From Nitrospirota bacterium (GTDB taxonomy: Bacteria; Nitrospirota; Thermodesulfovibrionia; UBA6902; DSMQ01), in NCBI GenBank assembly GCA_016207865.1, contig JACQZD010000052.1, positions 1 through 34,903 of the forward strand: a stretch of 34,903 bases of DNA, written 5' to 3'. This document shows positions 9,046 to 17,875 of this stretch, piece by piece; position 1 is the stretch's first letter; each line of letters opens with the position of its first letter. Below the pieces are notes generated by a model. It did no database searches. It was given only the letters and a program-made list of their open reading frames with translations, and was not told the origin of the DNA. The translations under genes and the position numbers were made by a program.

Positions 9046-10593
9046 ATGAACAAATGGCTTGTTGCATTGACAGTAATGCTTCCGACTCTGATAGAGATTA
9101 TTGACACCTCTGTCGTCAATGTCTCTCTGGACCACATCCGCGGAAGCCTGTCGGCAGGCATTGATGAATCCACGTGGACGATAACATCCTATCTCGTTTC
9201 AAACGCAATCATAATCCCGATGACCGGGTGGCTCAGCAGATTATTCGGAAGAAAGCGCTATCTGATATTTTCCATATCATTATTTACATTAAGCTCCCTG
9301 CTCTGCGGCTTTGCATGGAACCTGCAGAGCCTTGTGCTGTTCAGAATTTTTCAGGGTATCGGAGGCGGCGCGCTTCAGCCCATATCACAGTCTGTCTTAT
9401 TTGAAACGTTTCCCCGGAAACAGCACGGCATGGCAATGGCAATATTCGGCGTCGGCATTATGTTCGGGCCTATTATTGGTCCCTTGCTCGGAGGCTGGAT
9501 AACAGACAACTGGTCGTGGCACTGGATATTCTTTATAAATATTCCGATAGGGATAATCTCCATTCTGCTTGTAATGTTTTTCATCATGGACCCTCCTTAC
9601 ATGAAGCGCATGAAGATGAAGATTGACTACTGGGGGCTTGCGTTTCTCGTACTCGGGCTCGGCTGCCTTCAGATAGTCCTTGACAAAGGAGAGCGTGAAG
9701 ACTGGTTCTCATCAAACTTCATTGTCTGGATGAGCTTAGTCTCGGCAGTCTCTTTGATACTTTTTATAATTACGGAGCTGTTTGCAGAGCATCCTGTCGT
9801 GAACCTGAAGGCCTTTAAAAATCTCACCTTCAGCACAGGGAATATTGTGATGTTTTTTGCGTTTTTCAATCTCTTCGGCAGTATCGTTCTTCTCCCGATA
9901 TTCCTCCAGACGCTTATGGGTTATACATCAACGCTCGCAGGTGTAGTGCTCGGGCCCGGAGGCGTTGCGACACTCATAGCAATGCCGATTGCAGGGAGGC
10001 TCGTGACAAAGATGAATCCAAAGATATTGCTGGGCTTCGTAATACTGGTATCCGCATATTCAACGCATCTCATGTCCCAATTCACCCTCTCGGCGGATTT
10101 CAACACAATAATATGGACCAGGATTGTTCTGGGCATAGGCATGGGATTTCTTTTTATACCGCTTACGACACTGACCATGTCAGGCGTCAAAAAGGAGGAA
10201 ATGGGCAATGCAACTGCTATTTACAACCTTTTAAGAAATCTCGGCGGAAGTTTCGGTGTTGCATTTATCACCACAATGATTGCAAGACGCTCGCAGTTTC
10301 ATCAAAATCATCTTGTAGAACATCTTACGCCGTTTGATGTAAACTATCAGACAATTTTATCGCAGATTTCTCAATTCCTGCATCTCAGGGGGGTTGAAGA
10401 AAGCGGCTCGCAGCATGCGGGTTTGAGCGCCATTTACGGCCAATTATTAAGACAGGCTTCCATGCTGTCCTTTAATGATGCCTTTTATCTCCTAAGCCTG
10501 CTCATGGTCTGCACCCTGCCTCTTTTGCTGTTAATAAGGAGGAGTGCAATAAGAAATGAATCTCCCCGCCGCAGAGACAGCGGGGTATCTTAA
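9046..10593 (+). CDS. MFS drug efflux transporter, DHA2 (EmrB/QacA) family, 14-TMS type
   Basis: 515 aa with motifs LDTSVVNVSL, GWLSRLFGRKR and FRIFQGIGGGAL, and many TM segments. The C-terminal tail SPRRRDSGVS is read from a hairpin repeat. Confidence 0.9.
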   Translation: MNKWLVALTVMLPTLIEIIDTSVVNVSLDHIRGSLSAGIDESTWTITSYLVSNAIIIPMTGWLSRLFGRKRYLIFSISLFTLSSLLCGFAWNLQSLVLFRIFQGIGGGALQPISQSVLFETFPRKQHGMAMAIFGVGIMFGPIIGPLLGGWITDNWSWHWIFFINIPIGIISILLVMFFIMDPPYMKRMKMKIDYWGLAFLVLGLGCLQIVLDKGEREDWFSSNFIVWMSLVSAVSLILFIITELFAEHPVVNLKAFKNLTFSTGNIVMFFAFFNLFGSIVLLPIFLQTLMGYTSTLAGVVLGPGGVATLIAMPIAGRLVTKMNPKILLGFVILVSAYSTHLMSQFTLSADFNTIIWTRIVLGIGMGFLFIPLTTLTMSGVKKEEMGNATAIYNLLRNLGGSFGVAFITTMIARRSQFHQNHLVEHLTPFDVNYQTILSQISQFLHLRGVEESGSQHAGLSAIYGQLLRQASMLSFNDAFYLLSLLMVCTLPLLLLIRRSAIRNESPRRRDSGVS

Positions 10594-10612
10594 AAATGAT
10601 GTGCAAACTATC

Positions 10613-10704
10613 GTCATTCCCTGACTTGATCGGGGAATCCAGACGCCGTTCTCCGATTTAATCAGGGGAACAGAATGGATTGTCCGGTCAAGCCGGACAA
10701 TGAC
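10613..10704. repeat. REP cluster (forward unit, degenerate unit, inverted unit)
   Basis: gtcattccctgacttgatcggggaatccag at 10613-10642, ctccgatttaatcagggga (degenerate), and tggattgtccggtcaagccggacaatgac at 10676-10704. Confidence 0.8.
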
Positions 10705-10719
10705 AAACTTTCAGAAAAA

Positions 10720-11880
10720 ATGACTATATTTTTAATTTTTTACTGCGTATATGCGGCCGGAAATGTTTATGTTTTTTTGAAAGTCAGGCATGTTTTTAGT
10801 CCGGGCCTTTTGGCAAGCATTCTGTTAGGTTTATTCCTGACATTCATGACTTTCTCGCCAATGTTAATACATTTATGTTCTCTCCACTGTCTGCATACAA
10901 TGACAAAAATTTATGCATATCCGGGCTACATGTGGGTTGCAGTCATTGTGTTTTTTGCCTCAGTTGGAATTTTACTGGACCTCTATAGTCTCATCATCAG
11001 AACAGGCGGATTTCTCCTTCAAAACAATTCAATCAGGAAAATCTCAATCTCTCAGCAGACGTCATTTTTTATCACTGTTTTTTTTACAATAGCGCTCACT
11101 GTCTACGGTTATTTTGAGGCGCAGAATTTACAGGTGGAAAAATTAACAATCAGCACCTCAAAGCTTCCTGAAAATGCAGGCAAATTAACCATAGCGCAGA
11201 TATCAGACTTGCATCTTGGAGTCATTATAAGGGAAAAACATCTGGACAAGGTTTTAAAAGTCATTGAAGCGGCAAACCCTGATTTGATAGTCTCAACCGG
11301 GGACCTTCTTAACGGAACGGTGGATAATATTGACTACCTTGCGGGGCACATTAAAAAAATTAACGCACGGTTAGGTAAATTTGCAGTGACCGGCAATCAC
11401 GAATTTTACGGCGGCCTAGATAATGCCGTAAAATTCATGCAGAACTCCGGCTTTACCGTGTTGCGCGGCGAGGGTGTCAGCATACAAAATCTAATTAATA
11501 TCGCTGGCCTTGACGACTCCGCAGTCAAGGACTTTGAACCGGCTGAAAATGTTCCAAAAAAGTCCGTAAGAAAAATCATCTCGGAACTTCCCCGCAATAC
11601 CTTTACAATATTACTTAACCACAGACCTGAAATAGACGGAGACGCACTCGGAACTTTTGACCTCATGCTCTCAGGACATACGCATAAAGGGCAGATATTT
11701 CCCATCCGCATTATTCCCAAACTAATGTTCCCTATAGACTCCGGTTATGCAAAACTGCCCCAGGGTTCTTCCGTCTATGTAAGCCGGGGCGCCGGGACCG
11801 CAGGGCCGCCCGTGCGTTTTCTTGCCCCTCCGGAGATAACGATTATTGAGATTGTCCCTGAAAAGCAAATTCAAAAATAA
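10720..11880 (+). CDS. membrane-anchored metallophosphoesterase (calcineurin-like)
   Basis: Start trimmed to the ATG at 10720, because the upstream part of ORF 10675 is REP sequence. Multi-TM N-terminus, then motifs QISDLHLG, GDLLNG, GNHEF and SGHTHKGQ. Confidence 0.75.
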   Translation: MTIFLIFYCVYAAGNVYVFLKVRHVFSPGLLASILLGLFLTFMTFSPMLIHLCSLHCLHTMTKIYAYPGYMWVAVIVFFASVGILLDLYSLIIRTGGFLLQNNSIRKISISQQTSFFITVFFTIALTVYGYFEAQNLQVEKLTISTSKLPENAGKLTIAQISDLHLGVIIREKHLDKVLKVIEAANPDLIVSTGDLLNGTVDNIDYLAGHIKKINARLGKFAVTGNHEFYGGLDNAVKFMQNSGFTVLRGEGVSIQNLINIAGLDDSAVKDFEPAENVPKKSVRKIISELPRNTFTILLNHRPEIDGDALGTFDLMLSGHTHKGQIFPIRIIPKLMFPIDSGYAKLPQGSSVYVSRGAGTAGPPVRFLAPPEITIIEIVPEKQIQK

Positions 11881-11890
11881 ACAAACGGAT

Positions 11891-11919
11891 TTGTAGAAAT
11901 TGCCGGATTTCTTTATAAT
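11891..11919 (+). promoter_or_regulatory. candidate sigma70-type promoter for the pheA cluster
   Basis: TTGTAG (11891-11896), 17-nt spacer, TATAAT (11914-11919), about 58 nt upstream of the pheA ATG. Confidence 0.35.
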
Positions 11920-11976
11920 TAAGCTTTGCAATACTTAAGCAGGGCAGACGGCCGATACCCTGTGGGGAGAAAATTT

Positions 11977-13044
11977 ATGGACGAAATTAAAAAACTCAGG
12001 GAAGAAATCAACAACATTGACGCCCACATACTTGATTTATTAAACAAACGTACAGAAGTTGCCCTTGAAGTAGGAAAGACTAAAAAAGACAAGCAGATAA
12101 CCCCTCATTCGCCTGACCGGGAGGTGGAAATACTTCAGAGGCTTGAGCAGTTAAACCCAGGACCCTTTCCCAACAGCGTCCTCAAGGCCATCTACAGGGA
12201 AATCTTCTCGGTGTCAATCTCATTGAGACAGCCTTTAAAAATAGCATACCTTGGACCTTCGGCAACCTTCACGCATCTTGCAGCCCAACGGCAGTTCGGC
12301 TTACTGACAGAATATAAATCCGAAAGCACTATTAAAGGTGTTTTTGAAGCGGTTGAAAGGGAAGAATGCCATTACGGGGTAGTGCCGATTGAAAATTCCA
12401 CGGCAGGGGTCGTCAACTATACATTAGACGTGTTTATAGATTCTGAATTGAAAATTGCCTCTGAGATAATGCTTGAGGTATCGCACAATTTATTATCCAA
12501 AACAGGCAAGAAATTAGACATTAAAAAAATTTACTCGTTTCCTCAGGCCACGGCCCAGTGCAGGGGCTGGCTTGAGGAAAACCTCCCGGGCATACCTGTC
12601 ATAGAGGAAATGAGCACCGCCGCCGCCGCCGAACGCGTTTCAAAAGACCCGGGCGCCGCCGCCGTTGCAAGCGAGCTTGCGGCAAGCATTTACAACCTTC
12701 AATTCGTTGAAAAGGGGATTGAAGACCGCAAATACAATTACACCCGCTTTCTTATAATCGCAAAAGATTTTCCCGCCAAAACCGGGAAGGACAAGACCTC
12801 AATCATGTTCTCAATTAAAGACAAGGCAGGCGCCCTTTACGCAATACTTAAACCATTTGCAAAACACAAAATCAATCTTAAAAAGATTGAATCAAGACCC
12901 TCCAGAAGAAAGGCCTGGGAATATATATTTTTCGTTGACATGGAAGGACATATAGAAGACAAAAAGGTCAAAAAGGCAATTGACGAAATAAAAAAAGAAT
13001 GCCTTTATCTTAAGGTGCTCGGCTCCTATCCGTCGGCGGACTAG
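11977..13044 (+). CDS. pheA: bifunctional chorismate mutase / prephenate dehydratase (P-protein)
   Basis: GGGGAGA lies 6 nt before the ATG at 11977. An N-terminal CM domain (LREEINNIDAHILDLLNKR) is followed by a PDT domain (IAYLGPSATFTH, VVPIENSTAGVV) and a C-terminal ACT domain (TSIMFSIKDKAGALY, ESRP). Confidence 0.9.
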   Translation: MDEIKKLREEINNIDAHILDLLNKRTEVALEVGKTKKDKQITPHSPDREVEILQRLEQLNPGPFPNSVLKAIYREIFSVSISLRQPLKIAYLGPSATFTHLAAQRQFGLLTEYKSESTIKGVFEAVEREECHYGVVPIENSTAGVVNYTLDVFIDSELKIASEIMLEVSHNLLSKTGKKLDIKKIYSFPQATAQCRGWLEENLPGIPVIEEMSTAAAAERVSKDPGAAAVASELAASIYNLQFVEKGIEDRKYNYTRFLIIAKDFPAKTGKDKTSIMFSIKDKAGALYAILKPFAKHKINLKKIESRPSRRKAWEYIFFVDMEGHIEDKKVKKAIDEIKKECLYLKVLGSYPSAD

Positions 13045-13075
13045 TAAGGGAGTCATATGTAAAGCCTCATAATTT

Positions 13076-13148
13076 GTCATTCCCGCAAGCGGAGCGCGTC
13101 GGGAATCCTTCTGAAAACAAAGAAAGATTCCGGACAAGCCGGAATGAC
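13076..13148. repeat. REP doublet
   Basis: gtcattcccgcaagcggagcgcgtcgggaatcc at 13076-13108 and gattccggacaagccggaatgac at 13127-13148. Confidence 0.8.
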
Positions 13149-13206
13149 GAAAAAGCTGACATTACTTACATAATTTTCAATAGTTACAAATAACCAATAA
13201 CAAATT

Positions 13207-14289
13207 ATGGTAACTTCACCTGACCACATAAAAACAATCAAGCCTTACGTACCGGGCAAGCCCGTTGAGGAGCTTGAGCGAGAGCTCGGCATCAAGGGCG
13301 CTATAAAACTTGCATCCAATGAAAGCTCTCTGGGCCCCTCCCCGTCTGTGCTCAGAGCGCTGCGTCATGCGCTTAAGGGAATCAACAGATATCCTGACGG
13401 AAGCTGTTATTACCTTAAAACCTCCCTCGCAGAAAAACTCGGCGTATCTCCCGAAGAAATCATGCTCGGCAACGGCTCCAATGAACTGATTGAGCTTGCG
13501 GTGCGGACATTTTTTAACGCAGGGGATGAGGCGATAATGGCCCATCCGTCTTTTGTCGTCTACTCAATGATAACCCAGGCGGCAGGCGGAAAAAATGTAG
13601 TGGTCCCCCTCAAAGAGTGGCGTCATGACCTTGAGGCCATGGCATCGCGGATAACAGAAAAAACAAAGATTATTTTTATTGCAAACCCGAACAACCCGAC
13701 AGGCACAATCAATACAAAAGCCGAGATGGACGCCTTTATGAATAAGGTGCCCGAAGGCGTGCTTATTGTTGTTGACGAGGCTTATTATGAATATGTTACA
13801 TCTCCTGAATACGCTGACAGCATGAAGCATTTCAGGCAGGGGCGGGATATCTTGATACTCAGGACTTTTTCAAAGATTTACGGGCTTGCAGGGCTGAGAA
13901 TCGGCTACGGCATTGCCAAGCCGTCATTAATTACAGAGCTGAACAAAATCCGCCAGCCGTTTAACGTCAATTCAATGGCTCAGAAGGCGGCGCTTGCATC
14001 ACTTGAAGATGAAAAACATATTTCAAAGGCAAAAAAAATTAATGAAAAAGGGAAAAAATATCTTTACAGGGAATTAAAGGCCTTGCAGTTTGATTTTGTA
14101 CCTACCGAAACAAACTTTATATATGTTATTTTAAAAGATGACAGCGCCGGTCAATTATACGAAAAGCTTTTACGCAAGGGCATTATTGTCAGGCCCATGG
14201 GACCAAGGGAAATCAGGGTGACAATAGGACTGCCGGAGGAGAATGAGAAATTCATAGAAACACTTAAGAAAATTCAAAATGCAGAATGA
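13207..14289 (+). CDS. hisC: histidinol-phosphate / aromatic aminotransferase (class II PLP)
   Basis: 360 aa with motifs KLASNES, YPD, NPNNPTG and TFSKIYGLAGLRIGY (PLP lysine). Its position between pheA and aroF suggests an aromatic aminotransferase role. Confidence 0.85.
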   Translation: MVTSPDHIKTIKPYVPGKPVEELERELGIKGAIKLASNESSLGPSPSVLRALRHALKGINRYPDGSCYYLKTSLAEKLGVSPEEIMLGNGSNELIELAVRTFFNAGDEAIMAHPSFVVYSMITQAAGGKNVVVPLKEWRHDLEAMASRITEKTKIIFIANPNNPTGTINTKAEMDAFMNKVPEGVLIVVDEAYYEYVTSPEYADSMKHFRQGRDILILRTFSKIYGLAGLRIGYGIAKPSLITELNKIRQPFNVNSMAQKAALASLEDEKHISKAKKINEKGKKYLYRELKALQFDFVPTETNFIYVILKDDSAGQLYEKLLRKGIIVRPMGPREIRVTIGLPEENEKFIETLKKIQNAE

Positions 14290-14325
14290 AAAATTGAAAA
14301 TTATGGAACTCATTAATTTTTCATT
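14285..14325 (+). terminator. AT-rich hairpin at the hisC 3' end (weak terminator or repeat)
   Basis: AATGAAAAATT (14285-14295) pairs with AATTTTTCATT (14315-14325), followed by TTTAAT. The stem contains almost no G:C pairs, so this is weak. Confidence 0.25.
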
Positions 14326-14363
14326 TTTAATTTATAACTTTTAATTTATAAATGGGGGAGACA

Positions 14364-15389
14364 ATGGATATTATAGTACTTGGACCTGGAGCAACAGATA
14401 AAAAAATTCAGCGGATAGTCAGGAAACTTGAAGATAAAGGCTTCACTGCCAATATTTCAAGGGGGACGGAGCGGACCGTCATCGGCGTAATCGGCGACAC
14501 TTCAAAAATTACTGATGAGGAAAGCAGTACTTTTGAATCAATGCCGGGAGTTGAAAAGGTCCTCCGCATTATCCAGCCTTATAAGCTTGCAAGCAGGAGT
14601 TTTAAATCAGAAGACACGACTATTAAAATCAACGGGCATGTGATTGGAGGCAGGAAAATACAGGTTATTGCCGGGCCCTGCGCAGTTGAAAATCTGCCTA
14701 CGCTTTTGAAAACGGCGAAGGAAGTAAAAAAAGCCGGGGCGGCATTTATACGGGGCGGCGCATACAAACCGAGGACTTCGCCCTACAGTTTTCAGGGGCT
14801 TGGAGAGGAAGGGCTCAGATACCTCGCAGAGGTGAAAAAGCAGACCGGAATGCCGGTTGTTACAGAGATAATGGATCCGAGAGACATGGAGGCAATCCTT
14901 CAATATGCCGATATAATCCAGATAGGCGCAAGAAACATGCAAAACTTCAGGCTGCTGCTTGAAGTAGGCTCTTACAACAAGCCTGTGCTTTTAAAAAGGG
15001 GACTATGCTCAACCATCAAGGAATTGCTTATGGCGGCAGAATACATCATGTCAAAAGGCAACAATAAGGTTATCCTGTGCGAAAGAGGGATAAGGACCTT
15101 TGAGACAGAAACCAGGAATACGCTGGATTTAAGCGCCGTTCCTGTCTTAAAAGAACTTTCCCATCTGCCGGTCGTAGTGGACCCGAGCCACGGCGTCGGC
15201 AAGCGGCAGCTCGTTGCGCCTATGGCAAAGGCGGCTGTTGCAGCAGGGGCGGACGGACTGATAATTGAGGTGCACGCGCATCCTGAAAAGGCCTTGTCAG
15301 ACGGAGAACAGTCCCTGAAGCCTGAAAAGTTCAAGACCCTGATGAAAGAGCTGCGGGCGGTTGCAAAAGCTGTAGGCAGGGAAATTTAA
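14364..15389 (+). CDS. aroF: 3-deoxy-7-phosphoheptulonate (DAHP) synthase, type I-beta, with an N-terminal ferredoxin-like regulatory domain
   Basis: Collinear with the Thermotoga-type DAHPS as I recall it: MDIIVLGPG..., [76 protein letters not shown]. The alternative ATG at 14352 cannot be excluded. Confidence 0.9.
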   Translation: MDIIVLGPGATDKKIQRIVRKLEDKGFTANISRGTERTVIGVIGDTSKITDEESSTFESMPGVEKVLRIIQPYKLASRSFKSEDTTIKINGHVIGGRKIQVIAGPCAVENLPTLLKTAKEVKKAGAAFIRGGAYKPRTSPYSFQGLGEEGLRYLAEVKKQTGMPVVTEIMDPRDMEAILQYADIIQIGARNMQNFRLLLEVGSYNKPVLLKRGLCSTIKELLMAAEYIMSKGNNKVILCERGIRTFETETRNTLDLSAVPVLKELSHLPVVVDPSHGVGKRQLVAPMAKAAVAAGADGLIIEVHAHPEKALSDGEQSLKPEKFKTLMKELRAVAKAVGREI

Positions 15390-15421
15390 GTTGCAGTTGA
15401 TGGTGTATTTTAATGATAAAC

Positions 15422-15582
15422 ACCCAACAGCATATATGTTTGAAAAACTTTAAGGCAACACCCTAAAGTCATGCTGCCTTTTTGTAAATAGTTCCGAGCA
15501 ATTACTTAAAACTTTTTGCAGCATGACAGATAATAATCATCGTTGTTTTCTTAAAGTTTTGAAGGCATATATGCTGTTGGGT
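15422..15582. repeat. nested inverted-repeat element (MITE-like or structured RNA) between aroF and tyrA
   Basis: The outer arms 15422-15454 and 15550-15582 are complementary (ACCCAACAGCATATATG...CTTTAAG with CTTAAAG...CATATATGCTGTTGGGT), apart from a 5-nt bubble. The inner arms are GTCATGCTGC (15468-15477) and GCAGCATGAC (15518-15527). Confidence 0.7.
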
Positions 15583-15616
15583 AATAACCACAAGGAACAT
15601 CTGAAAATATTAATTT

Positions 15617-16486
15617 ATGAATGATTTAAATTTTAAGCGTGTTGCAATAATCGGAGTCGGACTTATTGGCGGCTCTTTTGCGCTGGCCCTTAAAAAATAC
15701 GGATTCGCCGGCAAAATAGCAGGAACAGGCAGGAAAAAAGAAAATCTCGCCAGGGCCAAGGAAATGGGACTGATTGACGAATATTCCACATCTGCCTCAG
15801 AAAGTGTTTCAGACGCGGATTTAATCGTGCTTTCAACCCCGGTCGGGCAGTTTGAGGATATTTTTAAAACCATCAGAAAAAACATAAAGGCAGGCGCAAT
15901 CGTCACTGACGTCGGGAGCGTCAAGACCGAGGCAATAAAAATACTTGAGCCGCTCATGCCCCCGGGCGTGAATTTTGTCGGCAGTCATCCTATCGCAGGC
16001 AAAGAACGCTCAGGCATTGACAGCGCATCGCCTGATCTTTTTAAAAACGCGCGCTGTATTGTCACTCCCACGCCGGATACTGATAAAAATTCTCTAAAAA
16101 AAATCCTGGCCCTCTGGACCGAGCTCGGATCCAAGACATCGCTGATGAGCCCGGAGCAGCATGACTGGATTTTTGCCGCAACAAGCCATCTGCCTCATAT
16201 AATTGCCTACGCCCTCATAAATACCATTCTTGATTTAAACCAAAACACCCTGCCTCACAGCGGCCCGAGTCTGAGAGATATGACCAGGATTGCGCTAAGC
16301 TCTCCTGAATTATGGCGCGATATTTGCTTATGCAACAAAGAAAACATACTCAAATCCCTTAATCAGTTTTTGTCTTCCATCACGCACTTGAAAGGGCTTA
16401 TTGAAAAATCCGACGCAGACGGCCTTGAGAAGGAATTTCAAAAAGCGCAGACAGGCCGGCGGCTCCTGGAAAAGGCAGAGCCTTGA
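15617..16486 (+). CDS. tyrA: prephenate dehydrogenase
   Basis: Rossmann motif IIGVGLIGGSFALAL and GSHPIAG. 289 aa. The stop overlaps the aroA start (TTGA). Confidence 0.85.
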   Translation: MNDLNFKRVAIIGVGLIGGSFALALKKYGFAGKIAGTGRKKENLARAKEMGLIDEYSTSASESVSDADLIVLSTPVGQFEDIFKTIRKNIKAGAIVTDVGSVKTEAIKILEPLMPPGVNFVGSHPIAGKERSGIDSASPDLFKNARCIVTPTPDTDKNSLKKILALWTELGSKTSLMSPEQHDWIFAATSHLPHIIAYALINTILDLNQNTLPHSGPSLRDMTRIALSSPELWRDICLCNKENILKSLNQFLSSITHLKGLIEKSDADGLEKEFQKAQTGRRLLEKAEP

Positions 16487-17778
16487 ATGTTATTAAAATA
16501 ACAAACAAGGACGCCCTGAGCGGTGAAATCGCAGCGCCGCCTGATAAGTCCATTTCCCATAGGGCTGTTATCCTTGCAGCCCTTGCTGACGGCAAAAGCT
16601 CCATAAAAAACTTCCTTGCAGCCGAGGACCCTTTGCGGACAGTTGAGGCCTTCCGTCAGATGGGAATTGAAATCACAGAACACAGAACACAGAATACAGA
16701 ATTAATAATTCATGGCAAGGGATTAATGGGTTTAACGGCGCCCAACGGCGTCATAGACTGCGGTAATTCAGGGACCACGATGAGACTTTTGTGCGGCGTG
16801 CTTGCCGGTCAGCCGTTTTCTGCCACACTAACAGGAGACGCCTCTTTAAGCAAAAGACCCATGCAGAGAATTATCGCCCCGCTGACAGGGATGGGCGCAA
16901 AAATTACCTCGCAGGCCAAGGGCTGTCCGCCTCTTAATGTTGCGGGCGGCCGTATGAAGCCTATTAGTTATAAATCCCCGGTAGCAAGCGCGCAGGTCAA
17001 ATCCGCAATTCTGCTTGCAGGGCTTTACTGCGACGGTATTACATCGGTCCTTGAGCCTGACCGTTCAAGAGACCATACGGAGAGGATGCTCGGCGCCGCA
17101 GGCGTTGAGATTAGAATTAAAAACCTTGAAGTAAGCGTCAAAGGCAGGGCGCATCTTAAACCGCTGACTATGACTGTGCCTGGTGATTTTTCCTCTGCCG
17201 CATTTTTTATTGCGGCAGGCGTTGTGGTCCCGGGCTCTGAAATTTTTATCAGAAACGTCGGCGTCAACCCGACCAGAACCGGACTACTTGAAATCTTAAA
17301 ATTAATGGGCGCCCGGATAGAAGTCAAGAATGAACATGAAGTATCAGGTGAGCCGGTTGCAGACTTGCATATAAGATACGCCCCTCTTACAGGTATTGCA
17401 GTCGGAGGCGGGTTAATTCTCAGGGCCATTGACGAATTCCCCATCCTGTGCGCTGCTGCATCGCTGTCTTCCGGGACTACAACAATAAAAGGCGCCCGGG
17501 AATTACGGGTAAAAGAGTCGGACCGGATTAAATCAATGGCTGAAGGGCTGAAAAAGATGGGCGCAGGCATAGAAGAACTTGAAGACGGCATAATAATTCA
17601 CGGCCGGGAGAGGCTTCTGCCTGCCGCGCTTCAGAGTTACGGCGACCACAGGGTTGCAATGTCTATGGCAATAGCCGGGCTCATGACTCAGGGAGAAACT
17701 ATTATTGAGGATTCAGACTGCATAAATACTTCATTCCCCGGTTTTACGGAGATGTTAAACAGGCTGCAAAAATCTTAA
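16483..17778 (+). CDS. aroA: 3-phosphoshikimate 1-carboxyvinyltransferase (EPSP synthase)
   Basis: TTG start. Motifs PPDKSISHRA, CGNSGTTMRLL, VKSAILLAG, RDHTERML, RVKESDR and DHRVAMS. Confidence 0.92.
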   Translation: MNVIKITNKDALSGEIAAPPDKSISHRAVILAALADGKSSIKNFLAAEDPLRTVEAFRQMGIEITEHRTQNTELIIHGKGLMGLTAPNGVIDCGNSGTTMRLLCGVLAGQPFSATLTGDASLSKRPMQRIIAPLTGMGAKITSQAKGCPPLNVAGGRMKPISYKSPVASAQVKSAILLAGLYCDGITSVLEPDRSRDHTERMLGAAGVEIRIKNLEVSVKGRAHLKPLTMTVPGDFSSAAFFIAAGVVVPGSEIFIRNVGVNPTRTGLLEILKLMGARIEVKNEHEVSGEPVADLHIRYAPLTGIAVGGGLILRAIDEFPILCAAASLSSGTTTIKGARELRVKESDRIKSMAEGLKKMGAGIEELEDGIIIHGRERLLPAALQSYGDHRVAMSMAIAGLMTQGETIIEDSDCINTSFPGFTEMLNRLQKS

Positions 17779-17806
17779 TGTAACATAATAAAATCAAACA
17801 ATTTTC

Positions 17807-17835
17807 TTGACAATTACCTGCTTTTGAATTAAATT
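17807..17835 (+). promoter_or_regulatory. candidate sigma70-type promoter for the sensor gene
   Basis: TTGACA (17807-17812), 17-nt spacer, TAAATT (17830-17835). A TTGAATT/AATTCAA inverted repeat overlaps the -10 region. Confidence 0.4.
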
Positions 17836-17875
17836 CAATTCAAAGCAACCAAAAACATTAAACCCTATAAATAAT

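Noticed and set aside
9174-10337. Alternative-frame + strand ORFs inside the emrB-like gene (9174-9404, 9311-9502, 10113-10337).
   Set aside because: They are embedded in a gene with continuous MFS motifs in another frame. Their translations are Arg/Cys-rich with no features.
11881-11976. Attenuator, T-box or riboswitch leader upstream of pheA.
   Set aside because: The leader is under 100 nt. I see no Phe-rich leader peptide, no terminator/antiterminator pair and no T-box specifier features. Only a candidate promoter is reported.
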